A stretch of DNA of 64,000 nt from Nostoc sp. (GCA_036918135.1 JBALDB010000005.1:1-64000); one strand, 5' to 3'; positions 1 to 9,045 are shown, counted from the stretch's first letter. The notes: generated by a model not told the origin, from the sequence alone. Numbers and translations: made by a program.

Positions 1-20
1 GCAAAATTTTGGCGGAAAAA

Positions 21-233
21 ATGGCAACTAAAGAAACTCGTCCTTCTACTGATTTACCAGCTGTTGCACCAGAATATAACGGCGTAGACCGTAATGCTTT
101 TTTGTTTGGCTGGACTCCCCAAGCGGAAATTTGGAATGGTCGTTTTGCAATGATTGGTTTTGTTGCTTACTTACTTTGGGATTTAGCAGGTTATAGCGTT
201 CTACGTGACCTACTGCGGCTAATTAGCTACTAA
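21..233 (+). CDS. High-light-inducible protein (HLIP/SCP, CAB-like), copy 1
   Basis: Motif FGWTPQAEIWNGRFAMIGF (ExxNGRxAM chlorophyll-binding helix); ATG at 21 preferred over TTG at 9. Confidence 0.93.
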   Translation: MATKETRPSTDLPAVAPEYNGVDRNAFLFGWTPQAEIWNGRFAMIGFVAYLLWDLAGYSVLRDLLRLISY

Positions 234-284
234 AGCTTAAACGTCTAAAAAACTACTAAATTTTGCAAAATTTTGGCGGAAAAA

Positions 285-497
285 ATGGCAACTAGAGAAA
301 CTCGTCCTTCTACTGATTTACCAGCTGTTGCACCAGAATATAACGGCGTAGATCGTAATGCTTTTTTGTTTGGCTGGACTCCCCAAGCGGAAATTTGGAA
401 CGGTCGCTTGGCGATGATTGGCTTTGTTTTCTATTTATTTTGGGATTTAATCGGTTATAGCTTCGTGCGTGACGTATTGCACATCATCAGGTATTAG
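285..497 (+). CDS. High-light-inducible protein (HLIP/SCP), tandem copy 2
   Basis: AEIWNGRLAMIGF motif; near-identical to copy 1 including the upstream leader, offset 264 bp. Confidence 0.93.
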   Translation: MATRETRPSTDLPAVAPEYNGVDRNAFLFGWTPQAEIWNGRLAMIGFVFYLFWDLIGYSFVRDVLHIIRY

Positions 498-518
498 CAA
501 TTGGCAAATTAGATCCCT

Positions 519-684
519 GATATCATGTCCGGTTGAATACTTATGATATCTGTTAGGGTCGGTAATGGGTAATAGGGAATAAAAATACAGTTTAACTCTT
601 CCCTCTTCCCCTTTTTCCCAATGACCTATTACCAATTACCAACAAGACCAACATATCGTAAGTAATTAGCCGAACTTGATATGA
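519..684. mobile_element. MITE-like dispersed element (family A) with imperfect ~30-bp terminal inverted repeats and STRR-like interior
   Basis: Ends ATATCATGTCCGGTTGAATACTTATGATAT / ATATCGTAAGTAATTAGCCGAACTTGATAT; second full copy at ~13333-13497. Confidence 0.75.
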
Positions 685-696
685 TTCGATAGAGGC

Positions 697-731
697 GAAA
701 AAAGCCACCTAAATGTAGGTGACTTGTTTTT
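697..731. terminator. Probable bidirectional intrinsic terminator between the convergent hli and USP genes
   Basis: A-run, then hairpin AAGCCACCTA-AATG-TAGGTGACTT, then T-rich tail. Confidence 0.55.
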
Positions 732-772
732 GACAACAAAATAATAAAAATTATTTAAATTCTCAACAGCGG

Positions 773-1408
773 TTATTCATCAATACAGTTAGGAATACCC
801 AAAACGGGGCAAGGGAAATCAGAACCTAGTGCCTCAATTATGGGATGATTGACAGAATTACAACCAACAAATAGGATGTCGGCAGCTTCTATTTCCACAA
901 CTTTTTTAAGTTCTGTAGAAATGCAACCAAACCGCAAATGAGATTTGAAGGAACCTTGCCATTCTTCCGCCAGACTTCGTGCTTGCCAAAGAATTCTATC
1001 TGCTTCTTGCAAGGGAGTGATGGCTGTCTGCAATTTGGGTTGAGTTAATACAAGTGTGGTAGATTTTGATATTTCACTAATCTGACATTCCAATGAAGGC
1101 TGTTGTATCGGAAAATTCAAAATATTTGGATAGTGGCTGCTTTGATTGTCTTCCAATACATAAACAGCTTGAACTGTAACTTCTGTATTCGTGGCTAAAC
1201 GCGTTTGATGGGCAATCCAAAAGGCAACGTCCAATACTGTATGACTGTTAGGAGAAGCATCATAGGCAACAATTAAGTTAACTGAATTTGCTGCTGGAGA
1301 TTCTTTAGAAAACAGTTTTTTTGGTTCTGGTAATAATACCATTTGTTCAATTAAGTTATCTCGACCTATGGCACTTTGCAGACGTGCTAACATTGGCTTA
1401 ATTTTCAC
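773..1408 (-). CDS. Universal stress protein (USP) family
   Basis: LIVAYDASPNS...SHLRFG...ADILFVG...CPVLGIP pattern of the USP fold; GTG start at 1408 with GGGAG upstream (ORF track extends to 1456). Confidence 0.85.
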   Translation of the reverse strand: MKIKPMLARLQSAIGRDNLIEQMVLLPEPKKLFSKESPAANSVNLIVAYDASPNSHTVLDVAFWIAHQTRLATNTEVTVQAVYVLEDNQSSHYPNILNFPIQQPSLECQISEISKSTTLVLTQPKLQTAITPLQEADRILWQARSLAEEWQGSFKSHLRFGCISTELKKVVEIEAADILFVGCNSVNHPIIEALGSDFPCPVLGIPNCIDE

Positions 1409-1699
1409 AGCTTTACTTCTCCCAATGAAATGAATGAGCAATGAGAAGCAGGGCAACTAATTTTGGATTTTGTCATTTGTCTTTTGTTCTCTCTTACAAA
1501 GTTGAGGTAGTCCGTTAGCGGGGTTCCCCCGCTTAAAGGAACTGCCGTCCGATCTAAGGAAGCCTTAGCTCAGACTTTGTGCTTTGTCCCTTGCAAATCA
1601 CCAAGGACTAATGACTAATAACTAATGACTAAAATTGAAAATCAGTAGAGGAAACCCCAATAACAACTGTATTACAGCCAAAGTCTTGGGGGTTCCTTC

Positions 1700-1886
1700 C
1701 ATTGCCTACGGAGTTAGCTGACGGGCTAAGACTGGAAGGTGTCTCTCTGTTAAGAGTGCTGAGTGCCAAGTTAAATATTAATCGCTCTTGGTTTGACTTT
1801 ATAAATAGCCTCTCTCTACAAGATTAGCCCCACAATATGGTTCCTCCGCTTCAAATCCAGCTTTCATCAATTTGAATTAGGCTACC
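1700..1886 (-). promoter_or_regulatory. c-di-AMP (ydaO/yuaA) riboswitch upstream of the USP gene
   Basis: Minus strand reads GCGGAGGAACCA (1849-1838), GGGGCUAAUC, then CCCGUCAGCUAACUCCGUAGGC (1725-1704), the hallmark ydaO segments; downstream hairpin GGAACCCCCAA...UUGGGGUUUCC. Confidence 0.88.
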
Positions 1887-1909
1887 CACTAAAAAAATGA
1901 TAATCTAGT

Positions 1910-2749
1910 TTACTCGTGTTGCGTAAAATATCGATCGAGAAAATTCAAGGCATGATTGCGGAGTTCAAAATATTCTTTTGAGTTTCGCATGGCGGCGCGA
2001 TCGCGTGGATGCTCAAAAGGAACTTCTAATATCTCGCCGATAGTAGCAGCAGGGCCGTTGGTCATTAATACGATGCGATCGGACATATAAATTGCTTCGT
2101 CTACATCGTGGGTAACCATCATCACTGCTTGGCGATGATTTTCCCAAATATCTAATACTTGCCGCTGCAATTTCCCACGAGTGAGTGCATCTAACGCCCC
2201 AAAAGGTTCATCCATGAGTAACATTTTAGGACGAATTGCTAAAGCTCTGGCAATACCTACCCGTTGTTTCATACCTCCAGAAAGTTCATCAGGATACTTA
2301 TCAGCCGCCGCCGTTAAGTTTACCATTGACAGGTGTTGGTTTACAATGCTAATTTTTTCAGAACGATTAGCATTTTTTAACACTTCATCCACAGCTAAAC
2401 GGATATTTTCTCGCACTGTTAACCAAGGTAACAATGCGTAATTCTGAAACACCATCATCCGCTCCGCTCCTGGCTTGCGAATTTCTTTTCCGTCTAAACG
2501 TACTGAGCCAGAAGTTGCTTTTTCTAAACCAGCGATAATCTTCAGAAGAGTTGATTTTCCACAACCTGAGTGACCAATTACAGAAATATATTCATCTTCA
2601 CCAATCGTCAGATTAACTTTATCTAACACCACAAAATTATTTTTATCAGGTGTCAGATAATACTTGACTAAATTTTCAACTTCTAAAAATCCAGGACGGG
2701 GTATAACTTCGTTTTGGCTATCAATAGGTAATGAGGTATATTCCATCAT
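1910..2749 (-). CDS. ABC transporter ATP-binding protein, NrtD/CmpD/CynD-like
   Basis: Walker A GHSGCGKS, signature LSGGMKQR, Walker B LLMDEPFGALD; ATG 2749 with GGAG upstream. Confidence 0.93.
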   Translation of the reverse strand: MMEYTSLPIDSQNEVIPRPGFLEVENLVKYYLTPDKNNFVVLDKVNLTIGEDEYISVIGHSGCGKSTLLKIIAGLEKATSGSVRLDGKEIRKPGAERMMVFQNYALLPWLTVRENIRLAVDEVLKNANRSEKISIVNQHLSMVNLTAAADKYPDELSGGMKQRVGIARALAIRPKMLLMDEPFGALDALTRGKLQRQVLDIWENHRQAVMMVTHDVDEAIYMSDRIVLMTNGPAATIGEILEVPFEHPRDRAAMRNSKEYFELRNHALNFLDRYFTQHE

Positions 2750-2794
2750 CAAATGCTCCAGCAATAATTCAGTCAGTCAATGATTTGAAGGTAT

Positions 2795-4237
2795 TTAAGA
2801 CATGAAGAAACGAGTGGGAGCATTAGCCCTAATAGCAAAACTATTCAGATAGCCCACTGGATCGCTGGGATCGAAGCCTTTCTTATCTATAAATACTTCT
2901 GGTGGTTCGACTTTGTAATCATCCTTAGGACATTTAATGCCCATTTCATTTGCTATCTCTCGATATAAATCCGTTCTCCAACCTTTTTCGGCTAGTTTCT
3001 CGGCATCTTTAGGAAATGCTTTAATTTGTCCCCACCGCGCTGCTTGAGTCATCAACCAAAGACTTCTAGATCTCCATAAAAATGTCGAGTGTTCTCCTGG
3101 TTGTTTGGGAAGGTTGTCTGGAATATCGTAGAAAATTGTGGTATCAGCAGCTTGAATGGTGCGGTCTTTACCATCAAACCCACCATAGTTATAGTTACCG
3201 AGAATTCCCGGACTGGTAAATTTCGCAATTGCGGCATCTTTGTTTTTGGGTTTTGCACCTGTAAATGAACGGTCTGTCAGCAGTTCGGCAACTTCTTGGC
3301 GATTTTGGGCTTTGCTGCAATACTGGCAAGCTTCAATCATTGCTTTGACGAGGGAACGATAAGTTTTAGGATATTTCTCGATGAAAGATTCCATTACTCC
3401 TAAAAGTCGGTCTGGGTGTCCCAGCCAAACTTCTTTGCCTTGGGCGAAGGTAAAACCGATGTTTTCGTTACCTGTAATTGCTCTTGTATTCCAAGGTTCT
3501 GCAACCATGTAAGCTTGCATGGCGCCAATTCGCACATTTGTCACCATCTGGGGTGGCGGAACGATGATGATGCGAAACTCATTGAGCGGATCGACACCAG
3601 CGGCGGCAGATAGGTAACGGACAAAGTATTCGTAAATGGCGGAACTCAGCACCACTGCCCAAACTTTGCCTTCTGGTGGCTGTCGGTCGAAGTAGCCTCG
3701 AAAATCTTTGCCAAAGGCTTCTAAAGCACCATCACCGTATTTTTCTTGGTACTCGTACCACGGACGCAGCCCAGAATCCCACATGGCTTTGTTCATAGTC
3801 ATGGCGTTACCGTGGCGGTGAATGGTCATGGCTGCACACAAGGGGGCGTGACGTGCGCCTTCGGCACCAATTCTGGCGTTGGTAACAGCGCCGGATACTA
3901 CAGGTGAAGCATCCAAACGACCAAAAATTATGCCGTCGCGGGAGGTAGCCCAACTGGCTTCGCGGTTGAGGGTGACGTTTAAACCATATTTGCGGAAGAA
4001 GCCTTTTTTCCAGGCGATCGCAAATGGCGCACAATCATTTACGGGAACGTATCCAACGGTAAGATTGGGTTTTTCTAAATCGCTGGATTTAACTACTGGT
4101 TGCACAGCTAAGGCTTCTTCTGTTAGTCCTTTTGCGGATCTATCTCCTGTAATTGCACAGGAGGATAAAGCTATTCCGGCTGTGGTTGCTCCTATTCCTT
4201 TAATAAAGTTTCGTCGGGTATAGTTACAATCGCCCAT
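2795..4237 (-). CDS. ABC transporter substrate-binding lipoprotein, NrtA/CmpA/CynA family
   Basis: Tat-like TRRNFIK and lipobox LSSC; motifs LEKPNLTVGYVPVNDCAP, PPPQMV, AEPWN; ATG at 4237. Confidence 0.92.
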   Translation of the reverse strand: MGDCNYTRRNFIKGIGATTAGIALSSCAITGDRSAKGLTEEALAVQPVVKSSDLEKPNLTVGYVPVNDCAPFAIAWKKGFFRKYGLNVTLNREASWATSRDGIIFGRLDASPVVSGAVTNARIGAEGARHAPLCAAMTIHRHGNAMTMNKAMWDSGLRPWYEYQEKYGDGALEAFGKDFRGYFDRQPPEGKVWAVVLSSAIYEYFVRYLSAAAGVDPLNEFRIIIVPPPQMVTNVRIGAMQAYMVAEPWNTRAITGNENIGFTFAQGKEVWLGHPDRLLGVMESFIEKYPKTYRSLVKAMIEACQYCSKAQNRQEVAELLTDRSFTGAKPKNKDAAIAKFTSPGILGNYNYGGFDGKDRTIQAADTTIFYDIPDNLPKQPGEHSTFLWRSRSLWLMTQAARWGQIKAFPKDAEKLAEKGWRTDLYREIANEMGIKCPKDDYKVEPPEVFIDKKGFDPSDPVGYLNSFAIRANAPTRFFMS

Positions 4238-4423
4238 TTTTGTGGTTCTGTTGGTGGCTAAATTTGGGATTTGGAATTTTAGATTGACTTCATGTATGAA
4301 TGCTTTTTCTTCAATCAATCATTTTTGAATTATTCAATCCAAAATTCTAAATTTAAAAGCTAAAATTCGATGATTAATTACTCGTACGCGAGGCAAAAGA
4401 GGCGCAGAGTAAATGAGTGTTTT

Positions 4424-4608
4424 GGGAGCATCCAAAATGTGTAAAAATATATTTTGTCATTGCGAGCTTAGTGAAATGGAGCGAAGCAATCACAAAGTCT
4501 AGATGTTGCGATTGCCTTATTCCGCTTCTCTACTAGACGCTATCGCGAACGCTTGATTCGCAATCACAATCTATTATTTTGGTAAATTTGCAAAATTGGG
4601 ATGCTCCC
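4424..4608. mobile_element. MITE (185 bp) with GGGAGCATCC terminal inverted repeats and a perfect 8-bp target-site duplication
   Basis: AGTGTTTT at 4416-4423 and 4609-4616 flanks GGGAGCATCC...GGATGCTCCC. Confidence 0.85.
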
Positions 4609-4634
4609 AGTGTTTTCGGGTCTTGAAGAGAATT

Positions 4635-5489
4635 TTAATTAGCTAGATTTGGGGGACGGCGAGTTACTAATTCTTGGATTTTGCCGAGGGCGTAATCAAG
4701 AATTAATCCAGTTAAGCCAATTACTAATACGGCTAGGAAGACTGAACTGAGGTTTAAGCGACTCCATTCATCCCAAACGAAAAAGCCGATGCCAATACCG
4801 CCTGTGAGCATTTCTACGGCAACGATTACTAGCCAAGCTATGCCTAAACTAATTCGCAAACCTGTAAAAATATAGGGTAAACTTGCAGGCCAAATAATTT
4901 TTATAATTTGCCGCCAACGTGGCATTTCTAATACTTGTGCCACATTCAAATAATCTTTGGGAACGCTAGAAACTCCTAAGGCGGTATTAATAATTGTCGG
5001 CCATAAGGAAGTAATAAAGATGACAAAAATCGCTGAAGGATCGGCTAAGTTGAAAATAGCTAGTGCGATGGGCAACCAAGCTAGGGGCGATACAGGTTTA
5101 AAAATTTGAATGATCGGATTGAGCGCTAGCATTGCCTGTCTGGACATGCCAATGAGAAACCCTAGAGGTATGGCTACTATCGCACCAAGCAAAAAGCCCA
5201 GTATTACTCTTCGCAGACTTGCTATCAATAACCAACCAATTCCTAAGTTGCCGGGGCCTCGCTGATAAAAGGGATTTAAGATGTAGTCTAGATTAGCTGA
5301 TAGTGCTTCTGGTGGGGTGGGCATTAATTCGTGGTTGGCAAGTGCAACGATCCACCACAGCAAAATTATCCCCAAAAAACCCAACACAGGTAAAAAGAAA
5401 ACATCTTTAGAGATGACAGGTTTTGCTTTTTTCCAAGCGGCTTGTCCAGCGATCGCCGCGATCGCTGCTATATTTAGTTGAAAGATCAT
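4635..5489 (-). CDS. ABC transporter permease, NrtB/CmpB/CynB-like
   Basis: ASLRRV...KPVSPLAWLPI...WPTIINTALGV...GLRISLGIAWLVIVAVEML...FFVWDEW. Confidence 0.93.
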   Translation of the reverse strand: MIFQLNIAAIAAIAGQAAWKKAKPVISKDVFFLPVLGFLGIILLWWIVALANHELMPTPPEALSANLDYILNPFYQRGPGNLGIGWLLIASLRRVILGFLLGAIVAIPLGFLIGMSRQAMLALNPIIQIFKPVSPLAWLPIALAIFNLADPSAIFVIFITSLWPTIINTALGVSSVPKDYLNVAQVLEMPRWRQIIKIIWPASLPYIFTGLRISLGIAWLVIVAVEMLTGGIGIGFFVWDEWSRLNLSSVFLAVLVIGLTGLILDYALGKIQELVTRRPPNLAN

Positions 5490-5596
5490 TTACAACCTCA
5501 ACAGATTTAAGTGCAGGTACAAAAAACCGAGCAGTACCAGCCTTGGACACTGATGAGATCGGAACGTTAAAAAATGCCGTCTCTTCAGTCTCCTCT

Positions 5597-5788
5597 CAAT
5601 GCCTACGAAGTTAGCTGACGGGCTAGGGCTGAGAGATGCCCCTCTGAAGAAAGTTCTGAGTTATGAGTGAGGAGTTACTAAATTTTATTTAACTCATACT
5701 CTTAACTACTAACTTTCTTCAAGATACGCCCCATAATTGGTTCCTCCGCTCCAGCGTTATGCACTTTGATGCGCTGGATTAGGCTGAC
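5597..5788 (-). promoter_or_regulatory. c-di-AMP (ydaO/yuaA) riboswitch upstream of the ABC permease
   Basis: Minus strand reads GCGGAGGAACCA (5749-5738), GGGGCGUAUC, then CCCGUCAGCUAACUUCGUAGGC (5622-5601); terminator-like hairpin ending CUCGG-UUUUUU near 5521-5562. Confidence 0.9.
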
Positions 5789-5881
5789 TTACTCTAATAA
5801 ATACGAAATTACGCACAATATAACTTCGATATAAAGACTATAACATTAATGCTCAGTAAAAATCATCTACCTGATTTTTCT

Positions 5882-5895
5882 GTATGTTTTATTAC
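5882..5895. promoter_or_regulatory. Possible NtcA-binding site (GTA-N8-TAC)
   Basis: GTA-tgttttat-TAC in the divergent intergenic region; AT-rich context, so it could be chance. Confidence 0.35.
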
Positions 5896-6260
5896 TTATA
5901 TCTAATTAATATACATTATTTTTGCGTAATTAATAAATCTGATATTTTCTTGTCAATTTAGTTATGTGATGAGTCAACTTACCGCACAGTCAAGGAAACA
6001 ACAATAGTTGAGTTAAGCATGAAGATTGTTATCTGCTAGATAATCTTTATGAAGAGAATATATATTATACTTTAAAATTTTTATATACGGGGAGGGAATC
6101 CAGCAATGCCTATGACGGGCTACGCTAACGCCACAATAGATAAAATCTATTACTTTTGGTAGGTGATTTTTAACACTAATTGTGGTAACTACTGCCTCTA
6201 ATCGTTAAACTAATTGCATATAGAAATTTACTCATCTGTCTGGTAGCTGAATTTAAGATA

Positions 6261-7322
6261 ATGGATTTTAGTCAATTCCTGGCTGAAAAAACTGATATCA
6301 TCCTAGATAAATGGGTGACAGCAGTTCGCAAAGATCAACAGATTAAAAGTGCTGATGATTTATCCTATACAGCAATTAAAAATCATATTCCTAATGTTTT
6401 GAAAGCAATGGTAACTGTACTTTCAAAATCTGAGGATAACGATATTCAGTCGGTAGTTGTTGCCAGTTTTGAGCATGGGACAATTCGAGCCGAACAAGGT
6501 TTTGAACCAACAGAAATTGCCAGAGAATATCATCTCTTAAGAACAGTAATATTTGACACTATTCAGCGAGATTTATTGAAAGTAACGCCGTCTGAGATAA
6601 TTCGTTCTATGCGTTTAATTGACGCTATTGTTGATGAAGCGAGCGCTCGGTGTTTCAAAAGTTATGTTCAAGAACGCTTGCGAGAATTGAGGCAGTTACA
6701 GATGTCATTAACGCTGCACAATCACGAACTCACGCGCTTAATTAGCACCAATCAAGAGTATATTTCCCAATTAGCCCATGAATTAAAACATCCGCTAACT
6801 TCAATTATTGGTTACTCAGATTTGTTTTTACGCCAACAACAGAAAAAGTCCCAGATAAAAGACAACTATACCAATTTAGAACATATTGAGCGGGTGCTAC
6901 GCAATGGTAAACAATTACTTCAGTTAATCAATGATGTACTGGAACTTTCGCGGTATGAGGAGGGACAAATAAAACTCCAACTAGCACCCACTAATGTGTC
7001 AGAACTAATTAATAATGTCTGTGAAATGTTAAAACCTTTAGCTATTGAGAAAAATTTACAACTTCTAGTAGATTGCCAACACGCTCCTGAAGAATTGATT
7101 ACAGATTCTTTTCAATTGCAACAGATTGTCACAAATCTTATTAGTAATGCGATTCGCTATACAGAGTCGGGAACTATTATTGTAATGTGTCAAGTGTTGG
7201 AGAAACAAAGATGCGCGCTCGCAGTTTCTGATACTGGAGTTGGTATTGCACTAGAAAATCAAGCCAAGGTATTTGAACCTTCAATCACCACAAGTAAGTA
7301 TTGGCTTGTGTATGCCTCCTGA
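6261..7322 (+). pseudogene. Sensor histidine kinase (RsbRD_N-like domain + HisKA + HATPase), C-terminally truncated
   Basis: H-box LAHELKHPLTSI, N-box NLISNAIRY, G1 DTGVGI and F-box VFEP, then unrelated sequence; no G2 box (GxGLGL). Confidence 0.75.
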
Positions 7323-7702
7323 GTTGTTGGCAACCTTTTTCCTAACAGGAGACGGAGAAATTCCACCACAACTACGTTTATTTGGTCAAAGCTAACGAGT
7401 GGCAGACATTGGTCTACCCAAAAACTACAACAGCAATCCAGACAGTGGTACAGCAAATCTTTGACTGTCCCTACAACGGGATGACAAAGCGTCTGTATTT
7501 ACAGGGTAAAGTTCTAGAGTTCATGGCGTTGCAACTCGACCCCTTCTTAGTTGAACAAGCTCAAGTGCAACCATCACCAAGATTAAAGAATACAACGATC
7601 GCTTGCATTTATCACGCTAGGGAAATTTTGCTCTCTCGTCTAAACTTCAGTTGCTCAAGCCAACCAAGAAATATTTGTATTTTTTTATCTTGTGAGTTCT
7701 GA
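7282..7702 (+). pseudogene. AraC-family (PchR-like) regulator fragment
   Basis: MPPELLATFF..GEIPPQL frameshifts near 7381 into EWQTLVYPK..QIFDCPYNGMTKRLYLQGKVLE..IYHAREILLSRL; no N-terminus and no HTH. Confidence 0.75.
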
Positions 7703-7719
7703 ATTTTGACAAATCATCT

Positions 7720-8403
7720 CTACACTAACCCTTGCTTTTTCAATTTAATTAAAGCATCTTCAGCAGCAGCTTTTTCAGCTTCTTTTTTATTACGTCCCTT
7801 ACCTTCGCCGTAAATTTTTTCACATACAAGCACTTTGGCTACGAACTCTGGTGCATGAGACAAACCGCCTGTTTGGAGTGTGAAATATTTAGGAGGAGTT
7901 TGAGTAACATTGCGTTGCACCCATTCTTGAAAGCGATTTTTCGAGTCTACATTAGAGCGAGAAACAACAATTTGTTCAGGTACAGAATCAAACAGCGGTT
8001 CTATAATTGCGCGAACTGCTTCTATATCTGAATTGTTATCTAGATAATAAGCACCAAGAACAGCTTCAAATGTGCTGCTAAGTAAATTAGGATTTTGGTA
8101 ACCTCCGTCTAGAATTGCGCCTCTTCCTAACCGCATTCTCAAGTCTAAATTTACCTCAATAGCAAACTTTGCCAGTTGTTTTTCATCTACCAATGCAGAA
8201 CGCCGCCGCGTTAATTCATCTTCTCCCTTTTCTGGATGACGGCGATAGAGATACTCACCACTTAAGAAATTCAGCAAAGCATCGCCAAGAAATTCTAGGC
8301 GTTCGTTGTGTTCGCCTTCCCCTGGGTTTTCATGAACATAAGAACGGTGAGTCAGCGCACGGCGTAAAAGTTTTTCATTATTGAATGTTAGAAGTTTATG
8401 CAT
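7720..8403 (-). CDS. rnc: Ribonuclease III
   Basis: Signature HNERLEFLGDA; FEAVLGAYYLD; dsRBD KNRFQEWVQ...GKGRNKKEAEKAAA. Confidence 0.96.
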   Translation of the reverse strand: MHKLLTFNNEKLLRRALTHRSYVHENPGEGEHNERLEFLGDALLNFLSGEYLYRRHPEKGEDELTRRRSALVDEKQLAKFAIEVNLDLRMRLGRGAILDGGYQNPNLLSSTFEAVLGAYYLDNNSDIEAVRAIIEPLFDSVPEQIVVSRSNVDSKNRFQEWVQRNVTQTPPKYFTLQTGGLSHAPEFVAKVLVCEKIYGEGKGRNKKEAEKAAAEDALIKLKKQGLV

Positions 8404-8472
8404 TTTTATGTTTTATCTTGTTGCAAAAATAGATTGTTGGAAAACTGTAAAGTATGATTATATTCAGACATC

Positions 8473-8492
8473 AAAAAACCGCAATTAGCGGT
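8473..8492 (-). terminator. Short terminator-like hairpin between the NYN gene and rnc
   Basis: Minus strand ACCGC-UAAUU-GCGGU-UUUUU. Confidence 0.45.
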
Positions 8493-8538
8493 GTTGGCAA
8501 AACCCAATTGATTAAAAAGTGGGTTTGTTAAAGCTATT

Positions 8539-9045
8539 TTAGGCAGCGAGTTTGTCTAACTCGTCTAGAAAGTAGAAATTATCATTACCAACAAGTTTAA
8601 TCAGCTTTTGACTAGCATTGCCTCGTTGAGCAAAAATTATCACTTTTTTACCCAAAGCTTTTAAAATGCAAATTAAGCCAGCATAGTCCCAGTCTCCTAA
8701 TACCAGAATAATTCTATTAGAATAAGAATTAAAAGCAACCCATTTAATACAGTCAGCTATTAACTGATTATCTGCACTATTCTTTAAAGGACATGGAACA
8801 TTAACACATTTAAAACCAAGACTTTCTAAAATTTTCTTAGCAATAGTTTGATTTTTATGCTGGGAATTATAGTATACGTTTTGACAATCTAACCACCCAT
8901 TACAGTCAGCAAATTTCTGCAATTTACTAGCAAAATCCGGTAATTGTTTGGATTTTAATTTGACGTTTTGAATATCCCAAAAAAGAGCAGCTAAATTTTG
9001 CTGATTGCTTGTCTGTCCAGTTGAGACTAGATGAATGTCTGTCAT
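8539..9045 (-). CDS. NYN-domain (LabA/DUF88, PIN-like) protein
   Basis: FWDIQN...KNSADNQLI...LVLGDWDY...GKKVII acidic active-site pattern. Confidence 0.88.
   Translation of the reverse strand: MTDIHLVSTGQTSNQQNLAALFWDIQNVKLKSKQLPDFASKLQKFADCNGWLDCQNVYYNSQHKNQTIAKKILESLGFKCVNVPCPLKNSADNQLIADCIKWVAFNSYSNRIILVLGDWDYAGLICILKALGKKVIIFAQRGNASQKLIKLVGNDNFYFLDELDKLAA

Noticed and set aside
447..635. Short minus-strand ORFs at 447-635 and 13287-13469 with similar peptides
   Set aside because: The similarity comes from the shared family A repeat element, not a gene family
1700..1886. Guanidine-I (ykkC) riboswitch, suggested by the ABC transporter context
   Set aside because: The conserved segments match ydaO/c-di-AMP, not the ykkC consensus (CUAGGGUUCCG...AAAAGCCCGGGAG)
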